Of a stretch of DNA of 64,000 bases, positions 12,209 through 25,494 are shown one piece after another (the first letter of the stretch is position 1; each line of letters opens with the position of its first letter). The stretch covers positions 3,286,001 through 3,350,000 of the forward strand of contig NC_042999.1 in NCBI RefSeq assembly GCF_006345805.1, in the 5' to 3' direction. Below the pieces are notes generated by a model. The model was not told the origin of the DNA, did no database searches, and saw only the letters and a program-made list of their open reading frames with translations. Source of the DNA: Octopus sinensis (taxonomy: Eukaryota). Both the position numbers and the translations under genes were made by a program.

Positions 12209-12954
12209 TTCATTAAAACAAAAAAAAAAGTAAATATGACAACAAACAGAATGGTAGAGCAGTGCCCAGGGGTTCCTTTGCAATCAGATGGCTTTAGAGG
12301 GAATTGAACTTAAGTGGCCTCTCTATAATATATGATTTTATCATTTGCCAACTTTGTAATGATTTTTGTGTATTTTCTGATCTTTTTGTTAGATTGTTGG
12401 AAGGTTTTCTTTTTGTTGTTTTGATTTCTGTTGCTTCATGTCTGTTTTCTAAGTTTACATAAGTAAAACATAGCAAGGGTCTGTTTGAAATGAATGAGAA
12501 ATTAACAGAAGATGACTAATTCAATGGCTCAGACAAATTTCTCAATGACCAAACTTCTGAAGCATTAACCAGTCAGTAAAACCCGATATAAAGTGTATCA
12601 TATTTTATTGGAAAATCCACTGAATGTGAGTTTCAAATAATTGCCACAAGTACTTCAGATCTCGATAGTATTTGAAGAAAAGAAAAAGATAAACTGTTTT
12701 GTATTAATTAAATTCTACCCAAGATGCCACGCAGTGTGACGGAACCTGGAACCATGTGGTTGGTATTATTTTTGCTGAAGTGACTCTCACTGAAAGTTGA
12801 TGCCAGTACAATATTTGAAAATAATCACAAGAACACAGTTGTGTTCTTGTCGCTATATTAATTGTTTGTTGTCATGTAAACAAATGCATGGCTGTGTGGC
12901 TAAGAGCAAGCTACTTACCACACAGCCACTCCTATGCTTGTTTGTTTGTTTGTA

Positions 12955-13320
12955 AGTCATTATTCAGTTTTATTTCAAGATTCCTTGCCAATAGAAAAAG
13001 AGTCAGTTTCTAACTTAGATTCAACACTCCTTCATTGGAATTTCAACATCAACAGGATATATTTGCCTGTATGTATGTGCAGTATTTGGAGTCAGTACAT
13101 GTGCAGATTTGTATGTTTTAATTCATATATGTATTCTCATGTCTAAACTTGTGCATACATACTTAATGATAAACTCCAGAAAGTTTTACAGACTTGTACT
13201 GTTCCAGTGATGGCTTTGATCTGTAATCTTCCAATCAGCTTTCTCCTTTCTGGTTTTGAGAAGCCTAATTTCTCAAGATTAGTGCTTAGGCAGTGTGTTA
13301 CATATCCTAGTGCCCCAATG
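12955..13320 (-). mobile_element. 3' fragment of a third RLE-type non-LTR retrotransposon
   Basis: Minus-strand translation IGALGYVTHCLSTNLEKLGFSKPERRKLIGRLQIKAITGTVQVCKTF has the C-terminal RLE pattern. The 3' UTR ends in (AAAC)n. Confidence 0.7.
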
Positions 13321-13584
13321 TATGTAATGTAGCATGTGTCTTCTTGTTTTCACAAATGCAATAGTTGTAAACTGCAAGTGAGTGTCACTGTCATATACAT
13401 GGTGGTGTTTATTTCTAACCTTGTAGCTGCCAACCTCACCTGCTTGGATACAGGTGAGAGCTGGTGGCTAGAAGGACATTCAGCTGCTGCAGAAAATCTG
13501 CCTCAACAAATTCTGTCTAATCCTTGTAAGCAACAAGAAACAGATATAATTATAATAATAATAATAATTATAATGATGATGAAA

Positions 13585-13960
13585 TTATTGTATACAGTGC
13601 TCAGGTGCACCACAACTTGTCAGAAAGTGCGTATAAAGCATATGCAGTAATGTACAAATGTCTGGGAAGTGAACGGTGTATGAGTCAGATACATGCTTGC
13701 GTGTGTATGGAGGGGAGAAAATCAGGTGTAGTGTTGGTGAATCTCAGGAAGCATGGAAGTTTTGAAGGATGCAGTGCTCGGACAACTAACAACTGATGCC
13801 GGCAGTTTGTTCCATGCTTCAGCAACTCTCAGTATGAAAAAATGTCTCTGAAAGTCATGGGAGCTGTGCTGTTTTCTGACTTTGTAAACATGTCCTCGGG
13901 TGTTAGACAGGTGGAGTTTGAAAAGGTGCTCAGAGTTATTGTTAGTAAGATGGTTAATAA
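13585..13960 (-). mobile_element. CR1-clade LINE 3' fragment
   Basis: Minus-strand translation SNTRGHVYKVRKQHSSHDFQRHFFILRVAEAWNKLPASVVSCPSTASFK matches the CR1 ORF2 C-terminal motif TRGH...FF..RV...WN.LP..VV.....SFK, followed by 3' UTR. Confidence 0.88.
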
Positions 13961-15399
13961 AACAACAACGACTATGACATCAACAACAACGATGGCAATG
14001 ATGAATTCTGTTGAATATGAAATCCATAGTAATTCATTATTAAGTATAATTCTTTCTTGAACTGTTGTACACTGACCAAAGAACATCCATAACCTTTTGT
14101 TTTTGACCTTGACAAACAACATTTTTTTTTTTTTGTCAATATTAAAACAGAAAATTTTAAAATGAAAATGTGACAATTATTGTTTTTATTATTACATTTA
14201 TATTAAGAAAAAATTTTTTTATAGATTTTCAGTAAAACATATTTCTCCATGTTAGGAAATATAAAAAAGAAGATCCATTAAATAAATGAAGTTATTGAGA
14301 TTTTTTAAAAGCATTTCTTTATTGTCAATAAATACATTTTCATTAAATGAAATGGTGTTACATAAAAATTTGTTTAATGCAATCTTTTAACGGCAATGAT
14401 GCATTGCTTAAAATATGATGAGAAAGTGAATTTAATCAAGAAAATAGCAGAAACTTTATCTAAACTTTTAATTCACACTGCATAAACCAGAGAATTTTTT
14501 TTATATTTCTTATGTCACTCATCACTCGCTCAAAGCTAAATTTTCAAATATTTCCCACCTTCAGACTTAATCTATGCCAAACCAAAATTGTTATAACAGA
14601 AACCACATCTGCAATTGTCTTATTTATTTATTATTTTTTTTTTTTCCAGCTAATAAGCATTAATGTTATTTGGAGAAAGAATAAGAAGAAAAGACAAAAA
14701 TGGGGGAAAAGAAAAAACAAGTAAGTCTATAAGAATTTTTAAAAACTAAAATAAAACTGCATATATAGAATCATAATCAAAAATGAAATGAACCATAACA
14801 TTAAGAAATAAATTTTTAAAAATAGGAAAAAAACGAAAGCACTGATGTCAGCAAATTCATAAAGTTTTTTTTTAGCAAAATTACTTTAAAAATGAGAAAG
14901 TTGTGAATAATTTAGATTAAAATGAACAGAAGTAATGAAAGTCTTAAAGTACAAATTACTATTCTATGTAGTGGATAGGTGTGGCCATGCAGTTGAAAAG
15001 TTTACTTGCTAAACTGGATGGTTGCTGGTTCAATCTTTGGGCAATTATCTTCAACAGAGGATAATAGTTGGTTCTACACACACTGAAAAGCCAAAGTATT
15101 ACAAGTGGATTTAGTCGATGGAAACTGAAAGAAGCCCATTGTAAATATATGTATATATATATGTGTTTGTGTGTGTGTGTGTAACTACATATGGTATGTT
15201 AGCATATTTTCTTTCCTCTGTCTTCCTTTCCTCTTGGACTTACATCTGTCTCCTGTTTCTGAATAAGAGCTTTGCTCAAAACGTAAAAGTACCTTTCTTT
15301 CCTTCCCTAAGCATCTTTTAATACTTTGCATGTATCATGCCCTCGCATCGTTATTTTTTTCTTGTGTTTTTTCTTGGTTTTTTGATTTTTATAAATGCT

Positions 15400-15583
15400 G
15401 TGCGGGTGGCACATAAAAAGCACCCACTACACTCGCGGAGTGGTTGGCGTTAGGAAGGACATCCAGCCGTAGAAACACTGCCAGATCAGACTGGGCCTGA
15501 TGCAGCCTTCTGGCTTCACAGACCCCAGTTGAACCGTCCAACCCATGCTAGCATGGAAAACGGACGCTAAATGATGATGATGA

Positions 15584-15587
<4 letters not shown>
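15400..15587 (+). mobile_element. SINE family R
   Basis: ggcacataaaaagcacccactacac...ggacgctaaatgatgatg. Confidence 0.85.
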
Positions 15588-15618
<31 letters not shown>

Positions 15619-15620
<2 letters not shown>

Positions 15621-16397
15621 GGCGTAGGAGTGGCTGTGTGGTTAGTAGCATGCTTACCAACCACATGTTTCCGGGTTCAGTCCCACTGCATGGCACCTTG
15701 GGCAAGTGTCTTCTACTATAGTCTTGGGCCGACCAAAGCCTTGTGAGTGGATTTGGTAGACGGAAACTGAAAGAAGCCCGTCGTATATATGTATGTGTTT
15801 GTGTGTCTGTGTTTGTCCCCCCAATATCACTTGACAACCGATGCTGGTGTGTTTACGTCCCCGTAACTTAGCGGTTCGGCAAAAGAGACCGATAAAATAA
15901 GTCCTAGGTTTACAAAGAATAAGTCCTGGGGTCGATTTGCTCAACTAAGAAGGTGGTGCTCCAGCATGGCCACAGTTAAGTGACTGATACAAGTAAAAGA
16001 GTAAAGAGTATAGGTGGAGGAGTGGCTGTATGGTAAGTAGTTTTCTTACAAACCACATAGTCCCGGGTTCAGTCCCACTGCATGGCATTTTGGGCAAGTG
16101 TCTTCTGCTATAGCCTCGGGCTGACCAAAGCCTTGTGAGTGGATTTGGAAGATGGAAACTGAAAGAAGCCTGTCGTATATATGTGTATATATATATATGT
16201 GTGTGTGTGTCTATGTTTGTCTCCCCAACATTGCTTGACAACTGATGCTGGCATGTTTATGTTCCTTTAACTTAGCAGTTTGGCAAAAGGGATCAATAGA
16301 ATAAGTACTAGGCTTACAAAGAATAAGTCCTGGGGTTGATTTGATCGATTAAAGGCAGTGCTCCAGCATGGCCGCAATCAAATGACTGAAACAAGTC
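15619..16397 (+). mobile_element. Two tandem SINE A copies
   Basis: Heads at 15620 and 16012; tails tgactgatacaagtaaaaga and tgactgaaacaagt. Confidence 0.88.
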
Positions 16398-17454
16398 ATT
16401 CTTGATTTTTATTAATAACTTTCTTGATGGTTTTTCCTTAAATTCTTTACACTGAGGAGAGCTAAAATACATAACTTTGATTATTATTATTATGATTTTT
16501 TCCTACATATTTTTATTGCCCTTTGAAACCTTTGTATGAGCATATTAAATCCAATTTTGATTTTTTAACATCTTTTCTCCATTTTTGTAATTGTTTATAG
16601 TATCTTTATACCTATGACAAATTTCTTCAATTATATATATATATAGTATGGTTGGATGGTTTGACTGAGGTATGGAAAGCCAGCAGCTGCATCAGGCTCC
16701 GCATATGTGTGTGTGTGTATATGGATAGCTAGGTAGGTAGGTGGAGGGTCAAAGTTGGGAACAAAAAGAGAACAGTGGAGACATACAAGGAAACCGAATG
16801 AAAGCAAATATGGGGGGTGGGCGTTGGACCAGAATGAGAGGAAAATAGTGAATGCTGGGAAAAAATTTTTTTTGAAAAGAGGAAAAATAGAAGAGAGAGA
16901 AAAAAACATGTGTCTGCTCTTTTGAACGTCCATGCAGGAAAAGAAAGATGGTTATATGAGGCCATTTAATGTCCATGTTGACAGGGCTGGATGGTTTAAC
17001 TGGGCTGGCATGAGAGAAGGCTGCACCAGGCCCCAGTCTGATTTGGCATGGTTTTCTATGGCTCGATGCCCTTCCTAATGCCAACCACTCCAAGAGTGTT
17101 GTAATGGATGCTTTTATGTGCCACTGACATGGGTACTATTTGTGTGACACCGGTACCTGCCATGACTGCAGTTTTGTTTGGTTTGATGGGTCTTCATCTC
17201 AAACACAACATAGTGCCAAAGGTCTTGGTTATTGCCTCCGTCAAGTCCATCGCTTGAGAGGAACTTGACCACTTTGCCTCTGTGAGGCCCAGTGCTCATG
17301 TATATATATATATATATATATAATATATATATATACATAGAAGTAAATATATTTACTTCTATGTATAATTTTCCCTCACGGGCTATTCTTTACTGGAAAG
17401 CAATACTCTTGTGTTGCATTACTATTTTTATTATATATATATATATATATATAT

Positions 17455-17782
17455 CCCTGACTGGCCTCCGTGCCAGTGGCACGTAAAAAGCACCATCCGT
17501 TCGTGGCCATTGCCAGCCTCGCCTGGCCCCCGTGCCGGTGGTACGTAAAAAGCACCATCCGTCCGTGGCCATCTGCCAGCTCCGTCTGGCACCTGTGCGG
17601 GTGGCACGTAAAAAGCACCCACTACACTCACGGAGTGGTTGGCGTTAGGAAGGGCATCCAGCCATAGAAACACTGCCAGATCAGACTGGGCCTGAAGCAG
17701 CCTTCTGGCTTCACAGACCCCAGTTGAACCGTCCAACCCATGCTAGCATGGAAAGCGGACGTTAAATGATGATGATGATGAT
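17455..17782 (+). mobile_element. SINE family R
   Basis: Three gg(c/t)acgtaaaaagcacc subrepeats, the core and a (GAT)n tail. Confidence 0.88.
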
Positions 17783-17862
17783 GTAGGATAAAATTTTTTC
17801 AAAAAAAAATCCTATCAATGGCCAGCATATTAAAAAGTACCTTTAAAGGTTAAATTATAAAT

Positions 17863-18292
17863 AACTTATAAATAAAGGCAAACGAAAATATTTCTAATGC
17901 CAAATATGCCGAAAATTGGACACATTGTCCATTTACCATATAATTTCTTTTCCCAGTACGCACGCTACTCGAAAAAAGGCCGACAGAAATATCTAAAAAA
18001 TTCCATTATTACCATATCGGACCAATTTCAGTGTTTGCTTCTTCCATGGGTATGAGTAAGTATCTCATTTACTTCTTTGCCACTTGTATCACTGACGAAT
18101 GGAGGGTTCTTTTTGAACTAACCCTGAAATCAGTCTGATATGGTAATAATGGAATTTTTTAGAGATTTCTGTCGGCCTTTTTTCAAGTAGCGTGCGTACG
18201 GGGAAAAGAAATTATATGGTTAATGGACAATGTGTCCAATTTTTCGACATATTTGGCATTAGAAATTTTTTCGTTTGCCCTTATTTATAAGT

Positions 18293-18293
<1 letters not shown>
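17863..18293. mobile_element. Fold-back MITE with roughly 170 bp inverted arms
   Basis: 17863-18034 is the reverse complement (with a few mismatches) of 18120-18293, separated by a spacer of about 85 bp. Confidence 0.9.
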
Positions 18294-18328
<35 letters not shown>

Positions 18329-18831
18329 ATGGAATTCTTTCAGTTTCCATCTACAAATCCACTCACATGGTTCTGATCAGCAGAAGGTGTCCAAGGCGCC
18401 ACACAGTGGAACTGAACCAAGAACCATGTGGTTGGGAAGCAAGCTTCTTACCACATAGCCTTACCTGCATCTATCTCAATTTTTGCTATTTTTCTTTTGT
18501 TGTGCCCTGTATTGTAGAGTTACTTTCAAAGATATCTTTTTGAATTAAATTCATTTCCTTTTTTAACCCGATGGAAACTAGAAAGAGAAAGTTGTTTTGC
18601 CTTAACAGAAAAATTTTTATCAGTAATTAGCTTCCACAAGTATAAAAATAAATATTCAATGTTGTTGGCTTCTGACTACATTCACTGATGCATGTAAATT
18701 GTTGCATGTTTTCTTTATAGCAAATTCTGTTTAGAGTATCATTTGTGTTTCCTCTGTAAATAACACTTAAATACATGTATACACACCATGTAGCACAGTT
18801 ATTTAGATAGAAGGTAGTTCAAAGAAGTGGC

Positions 18832-19375
18832 TAGGCACAGGAGTGGCTGTGTGGTACGAAGCTTGCTTCTCAACCACATGGTTCTGGGTTCAGTCCCACT
18901 GTGTGGCACCTTGGTTAACTGTCTTCTGCTATAGTCTCAGACCGACCAAAGCTTTGTGAGTGGATTTGGTAGGCAGAAACTGTCACATATATATGTGTGT
19001 GTGTCTTTGTCTCTCCACCATTGCTTGACAACCAATGTTGGTGTGTTTACATCCCTGTAGCTTAGCAGTTTGGCAAAAAAGAATAAGTCTTAGGGTCAAT
19101 TTGTTCGACAAGCTAGCAGAAACGTTAGCACGCCGGGCAAAATGCTGAGTGGTATTTCAGCTGCCAGTACGTTCTGAGTTCAAATTCCTTTCAGGGGTGA
19201 TGAATTAAGTACCAGTTACGCACTGGGGTCGATGTAATTGGCTTAATCCATTTGTCTGTCCTTGTTTGTCTCCTCTGTGTCTAGCCCCTTGTGGGTAGTA
19301 AAGAAATAGATTTGTTTGACTAAAGGCAGTGTTCCAGCATGGCCACAGTCAAATGACTGAAACAAGTAAAAGAGT
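18832..19375 (+). mobile_element. SINE A with a nested SINE B (about 19110-19308)
   Basis: Host A is interrupted at atttgttcgac, which reappears as atttgtttgac after the B tail. Confidence 0.85.
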
Positions 19376-21047
19376 AAGTATTGCTTTCATAACCTGAGTA
19401 TACATCAGTCAAGGCCTTCATTTTTGCGATGAAGCATTCATCCTTAGAAGTCGCTGTTTCTTTGCACCACCCATCACTTTCTCCCTGTTATCTTCCCTTA
19501 TTCACCCATACTACTTCACACATCACCTTTCTGTATCTCCAGTTATCTCCAGTTATCTCTCTCTTCTGCCCTAATCTATTCTGTTATATCTAACACCTCA
19601 TGTCTTTCATTCTCAGCACAATCTCATATGCCATCATGCTCCCCTCACTATAGTCCCCCATATGTACACCTATATCATCTCCCTCTTTAACTTTCTGTGC
19701 CTTGCACATCATCCTCTTCTGATTAGTCCTTCTTGAGCCTCTTCTGTCTCTCACTTTACCCCCTTTCGATGTAGATATTTCCCATCAACCATACCTCCAC
19801 TACTCCCTTCTGTAGCCATATTACTCTCCCCTTACACACTTATAAATGTGTGGGAGATCGCTAAGCCTTCCTTAACTGAGATTGAAAACCAAATCCACAA
19901 ACATGTTGCTTGTCAGACAAGTATCTGATCCTTTGTGTTTTATTTCCTTTCTGGGGGTTTAATGAGAAACACCTGACCTCCAGAGACCTTTGGTGTTCTT
20001 GGAAAGGTAAATTCATTGTTTCGATTTGACCTACTTCTTAGCCATACCTTATATAACTTAGAGCTTCTTTCTCTTACCCCCTTCAGTTTTGAACAGGCTA
20101 AGTCAGAGCTTATCTCTCTTCATTTGGGCATCACCTGGGGGCTTAGCATTGGCCAAAGGAAAAGGGTCAACGCAATTCTTACCCATTTTTCCTCTGTCAG
20201 CAGAATGCAGTTTCCACACACACACTACCAGCGAGTGACCAACACATCTTCTGGTTTTGCACCTTTGAAGACACTCGGAATGAGATATTCTTTACACAGA
20301 AAGGATTAACAAAAGGAAAGTTATCCTGCTGTAAAACAATGCCTTGATATATTTAACTAATTTGTGCTAGCATAGAAAAATAGGTGTGACAAACAAATTT
20401 GATCAAAATCCAAATATTGTATTATGAATCAGAAGAATAAATTCATAAACTATTTACAATATGGTTCATTGTGTATGGCAGTGTATCAGTATTAATTGTT
20501 CCTGGTGTGATGTGTACTTTTAGGGGACAGAGAACTTTTCCTCTGATCTCATAAAATTGTTTCTTCTCTCCGTCTGTTAATCCACCTTTTATAAATCTAC
20601 ATTAGGATTCCAGCGTCTGTCAAATATCCTATCAATTGCTACAATTCTAACAGAAATATTAAGATTATAATTGAGATAATTTTAGGCCATTATCTTCCAC
20701 AGACCATCTTTGTTGACTGTAGTAGATGCATTGAATAATCTGACATTTTCATTTGAAATGTCTTGAAGCAAATACCATAACAATGGTCCTGTCAGATTTC
20801 CTGAATCAACTCTGAATCTCTCTTGTAGAAGAAACCAGTTTAAAGTGAAATGTAAGGAAATTTGGAAACAGTCTCTAAAGAATTCTTGGGATATACAATT
20901 AGTATGATATTTATGTAATTGTTACAGAGCTAATAGTTTTCTTTGCACTTTTACAGGGAGGTGCTAACTGTATATTTAAAATTTATGAATTTAAACATGA
21001 CGCCAGACTGAAGTTACTCAGAAAACACTCTCACTCACACATATATG

Positions 21048-21310
21048 TGAAGGCTCATGGCCTAGTGGTTAGGATCATGAGATTGCGTTTTCAATTCCCA
21101 GACTGGCTATACATTGTGTTCTTGAGCAAAATACTACATTTCACATTACACCAGTTCACTCAGCTGTAAATAGGTCACCCTGTGACAGAATAACTTTCTA
21201 ATTAGGGTGGAGGGGGAATGTTGGCCTGCTTGCCTAGCCAGAGGGATGGGGGTGTCATCTGAAAGCTAAATCAATGTGAAGTACATTGTGATCAGTGACG
21301 TATAACACCA
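21048..21310 (+). mobile_element. SINE D-type head with a third tail variant
   Basis: gaaggctcatggcctagtggttagg...gtgttcttgagcaaaatactacatttcac...cagttcactcagctgtaaat. Confidence 0.65.
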
Positions 21311-21335
21311 TTCAACACACATGCATGTATACATA

Positions 21336-22587
21336 GGGTGCGTAAGGTATTTGAGGACATACCTTTTTGAGATCATTGCTGCTTTTTGGCTAACTCTGTT
21401 TCAGAAAATAAGAATGGCAGACCCTCAACTTACTCAAGAAATGAAGGGTCATTGCTGTTATTGTGGTTATAAAGGCTAAGCATAGTGATTTAGAAATATC
21501 TTGATTTTTAATAGTTGCCAGATCTTTCATCTACAAAGTTTGTAAGGAGCTAGAGACTGAAGATAGAAATGTTTCACCAGTATCAAAGCATTCTAAACAC
21601 TCTGAAATCATCAGAACACCTGAATTTATCCAGCAAGTTCAACAGACCATTCATCAATTCATACAGATAATCCCAGAAAGCCTGTGATGTCAATTGCAAA
21701 AGATCTCCAAGCGTCAGAAGGAACAGTCAGAAATGTTGTCCACAAAGACATCAGATATAAATTTTATATGATGAGAAAAAGTCAATGTTTAGGAAAAAAC
21801 AAGAGAAAATCATTACAACAGATCGAAAAGCTCTTAAGCAAACTGAAAAATCCAGCAGAAGAAGATTTGATTTGGTTTTTCTCAAACAATTGAACCTTCA
21901 ACCAAGATCAAAAAGTTAACAGAAGAAATGACAGATGGTTATGAGCAGACCCTTCTGAAGTTCCAAGTGTTATGCATACAAAATTTCCTGTAACTGTCAT
22001 AGTTTTGGGGGTTGTCAGCAATGAAGGACATCTGATGCCTCCTTACTTCATTCCACAAGGCCTTAGAGTTAACTCAGCCACCTACAATGAGGTCCTGGAA
22101 ATAATTGTTAAGCCCTGTATAGACAGTGTATTCAATGGAAGGCCATGCGTGTTTCAGTAAGACTCTGCACTATCACAGGTGGCTCAAGTAACACAGGAAT
22201 GGATGGCTGAAAATTTTCATGACCACATAATTCCTAACATTTGGTCTCCTAATTCCTCAAATCTCAATCCATTGGGCTATTTACATATGGCGTGTTGTTG
22301 AAAGAGAAGTCAATAAACACGCCAATAACACCAAAGATTCTTTGAAAGCTGCCATAGTCAGAGTAATGTCCAAAATGAACCAGGACCACTTGATTCGAGC
22401 ATGTAGATGACTTAGATCTCATACAGAATCAGTTGTTGAAACTGAAGGTGGCTTTATTGAATAACATTATAGAAAAGAAGGTTTATTTTTATCTTCATAG
22501 CATTTTTTGATAAATAAAGTTATTATCTGTTATTATACATCTGTTTTTTTATAAACATAAATCTGTCCCCAAATATCTTACGCACCC
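21336..22587 (+). mobile_element. Decayed Tc1/mariner DNA transposon, DD37D (maT)-like
   Basis: 24 bp TIRs gggtgcgtaaggtatttgaggaca and tgtccccaaatatcttacgcaccc, with TA on the left. Transposase remnants IWFFS..., HTKFPVTVIVLGVVSNEG and FQ*DSA...WSPNSSNLNPLGY place 37 residues between the second and third catalytic positions. It carries several stops and frameshifts. Confidence 0.9.
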
Positions 22588-22656
22588 TTTATTTATATAT
22601 ATATATATATTGAATTTGTGTACATACATATAAGAGAACAAAGTGTATGTATGCCG

Positions 22657-22687
<31 letters not shown>

Positions 22688-23346
22688 TGTGTGTGTATGT
22701 GTTCACTGGGAACTAGTTGCAACTAATGTCAGGTTAATTTGTGCTGTATTTTTACATTTAGGCTAAAAAGCAGGTTGAACCAGATGATATTTCCTTTAGT
22801 TATTCTTTTGAATCTACGTACTTTTAAGTCTCCTTTGTAGAACGGTGCTGTTTGGTCAAATATTTATTTTCCAGATGATGCTATTCATAGTCTCTAGCTT
22901 ATATTGCTGACTAGGATTTTAAAAAGTTTTCTTTTTTTGATTGAGGATGACTCGTGTTTATATATAATACGCTGAGAGCACATTCAAGGTTCATTATGTC
23001 AGGCCAACACAAGAGAGATGATAGAAACAACCACACGCTGAATGGTTCCTGCCCTCCTCTGCTTACTGTAACAAGTGTAACAAGTGCTGCAGGAAGTTCT
23101 CTGCAGGGATGGGTATAGAGTATAGAGTTGGGGACTGGAGCACTGTTCAGCAATGAGGGTATTAGAGCCTAGATTGTTCACAGCTAGGGAATACTCTCGC
23201 TGATAATAGTAACATGTTTCATGCTATCTGTGGGTGATTAATAATCATAATCTGATAATACTCACTTTTTGAGAATCCTTTTAACCTGTCGTGAAGGACA
23301 TATTTCAGAGGATATTGAACAGCTGTCTCATACCATTATTTCTTCC

Positions 23347-23768
23347 AAGGTGGTGAGATGGCAGAATCATTAACACACCAAGCAAAATTCTTAGCAGCAT
23401 TTCGTCCATTTTTATATCCTGAGTTCAAATTCTGCAAATCCACCCCAGAACTTATTATTTGTAAGCCTAGTACTTATTCTATCGGTCTCTTTTGCTGAAC
23501 CGCTAAGTTACAGAGGCATAAACACACCAGCATTGGTTGTCAAGCGATGTTGGGGGGACAAACACAGACACACAAACATACACACACACACACATATACG
23601 ACGGGCTTCTTTTAGTTTCCATCTACCAAGTCCACTCACAAGGCTTTGGTCAGCCTCAGCCTGAGGCTATAGTAGAAGACACTTGCCCAAGGTGCCACGC
23701 AGTGGGACTGAACCCAGAACCATGTGGTTGGTAAGCAAGCTACTTACCACACAGCCACTCATATGCCT
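23347..23768. mobile_element. SINE B 5' fragment (+) abutting SINE A (-)
   Basis: aaggtggtgagatggcagaatc...gagttcaaattc, then ccccagaacttatt...ccacacagccactc. Confidence 0.75.
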
Positions 23769-24324
23769 ATGATGATTTTCTGATGATTACAAAGATGAAA
23801 AATAAAAATAAAAAAAGATAGAAGGGCATAATTCCTTAATCTTGCTTTCCTCTTTCATCCCAGTTCATCTGGTTGTATTACAAAGACACATGTCAACAGG
23901 GTTGGAATTAAATCTGATGTAATGAAGAAGAAGGCATTTGATGTGCTTCACCTTGCATTGATCACTGCAAACCTTGTTTATATTAATCAATTACTTGCTA
24001 CTTGAATCAGTTGCATCATTACAGTTTTCCGAATCCACTTTTCATGTTGAGTAAGTTAAACCCTGTATCCTTGAAAATACTAATCAATGTGGAGCAGGTT
24101 TACTGACGTGAAGGAGAGACAAATAGTAAAACAGAGTGAGGGAGAGAAAGAGAGAAATAGTGAAAGAAAATATGAGAAGTTTCAGACTTTCAGAGATTAA
24201 AAGCATCATGTATTCCCAATGTCAGCACTTAACATTTTATTTTCAATGAAGATCTCATTCCTCTCAACACCTTATATCTGCCATTGATACCACCCACCAT
24301 ATTTGTCACAATATTCACACCCTA

Positions 24325-24492
24325 TAGGCGCAGGAGTGGCTGTGTGGTAAGTTGCTTGCTTACCAACCACATGGTTCCCGGGTTCAGTCCCACTGTGTGG
24401 CATCTTGGGCAAGTGTCTTCTGCTATAGCCTTGGGCCAACCAATGCCTTGTGAGTGGATTTGGTAAGCGGAAACTGAAAGAAGCCTGTTGTA

Positions 24493-24535
<43 letters not shown>

Positions 24536-24607
24536 TTGTGTGTCTGTGTTTGTCCCCTTAGCATTGCTTGACAACCGATGCTGAAACAAGTAAAGAGTAA
24601 AAAGAGT
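24325..24607 (+). mobile_element. SINE A with an internal deletion
   Basis: Head at 24326. acaaccgatgctg is joined directly to the aaacaagtaaagag tail. Confidence 0.82.
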
Positions 24608-24699
24608 ACATGCCTCTCACTGCCATCCCTGTCAGTGTACATGTACACCACCCCACTTCCTTTACATCGTCTCTCTATTTCACATCTATCTACAGTTAT

Positions 24700-25028
24700 A
24701 GGAGAACTCCGTCGGTTACGATGATGAGGGTCCCAGCTGATATGATCAATGGAACAGCTTGCTCATGAAATTTACGTGCAAGTGGCTGAGCACTCCACAA
24801 ACACGTGCTCCCTTAACACGTAGTTCTCGGAAAGATTCAGCATGACACAGATTGGGACAAGGCTGACCCTTTGAAATACAGGTGCTACTCATTTTTGCCA
24901 GGTGAGTGGATTGGAGCAATGTGAAATAAAGTGTCTTGCTCAAGGACTCAACGTGCTGCCGGGAATTGAACTCACGACCTTACGACCATCGGCCGAATAC
25001 CCCTAACCACTAAGCCATGCGCCTTCAC
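24700..25028 (-). mobile_element. SINE family D head with the C-type tail
   Basis: Minus strand reads gaaggcgcatggcttagtggttaggg...gagttcaattccc...ccttgagcaagacactttatttcac, then gtatttcaaaggg...tcgtaaccgacggagt. Confidence 0.8.
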
Positions 25029-25494
25029 GTTATACTGTTGAGGAAAGCAACATAATTACAACCCCACCACAGCCTTTTTTGCATATCACTACCTTCTTGT
25101 CCTTGACACTTATTTTCCTTTTTATTTTCCTCCAAAATGAGATTCTCCACTGTCCACCCGTGTTCATCATACATTGTATTCACCTCTACCCCCATCTCTG
25201 GCTATCTGTTACACTTCTTTCATATTTTTGCAAACCTACTCACCCAGGTGTCCTCAGATCCCTGCCCCTATTTCCTCTTTATCCACCTTATATCTTGTAG
25301 ATATGTCCTAACACCTCATCTCCACCATCTCTTATCTTTGATTCCACCTGGGGAAGCTATGTATCTCCACTACAGTGGAACACCCATTCCTGTCCCACAA
25401 TCAAACTTCAACCTCTCAACACCCAACATAAAACCACCCTCCTTGACGCTATACCTCCACTTAGCTCAGAAGCTCTTATCTTGTTATTTATTTG

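Noticed and set aside
20690-20860. Roughly 56-codon open stretch on the minus strand
   Set aside because: No recognisable motif and no clear splice sites; compatible with chance.
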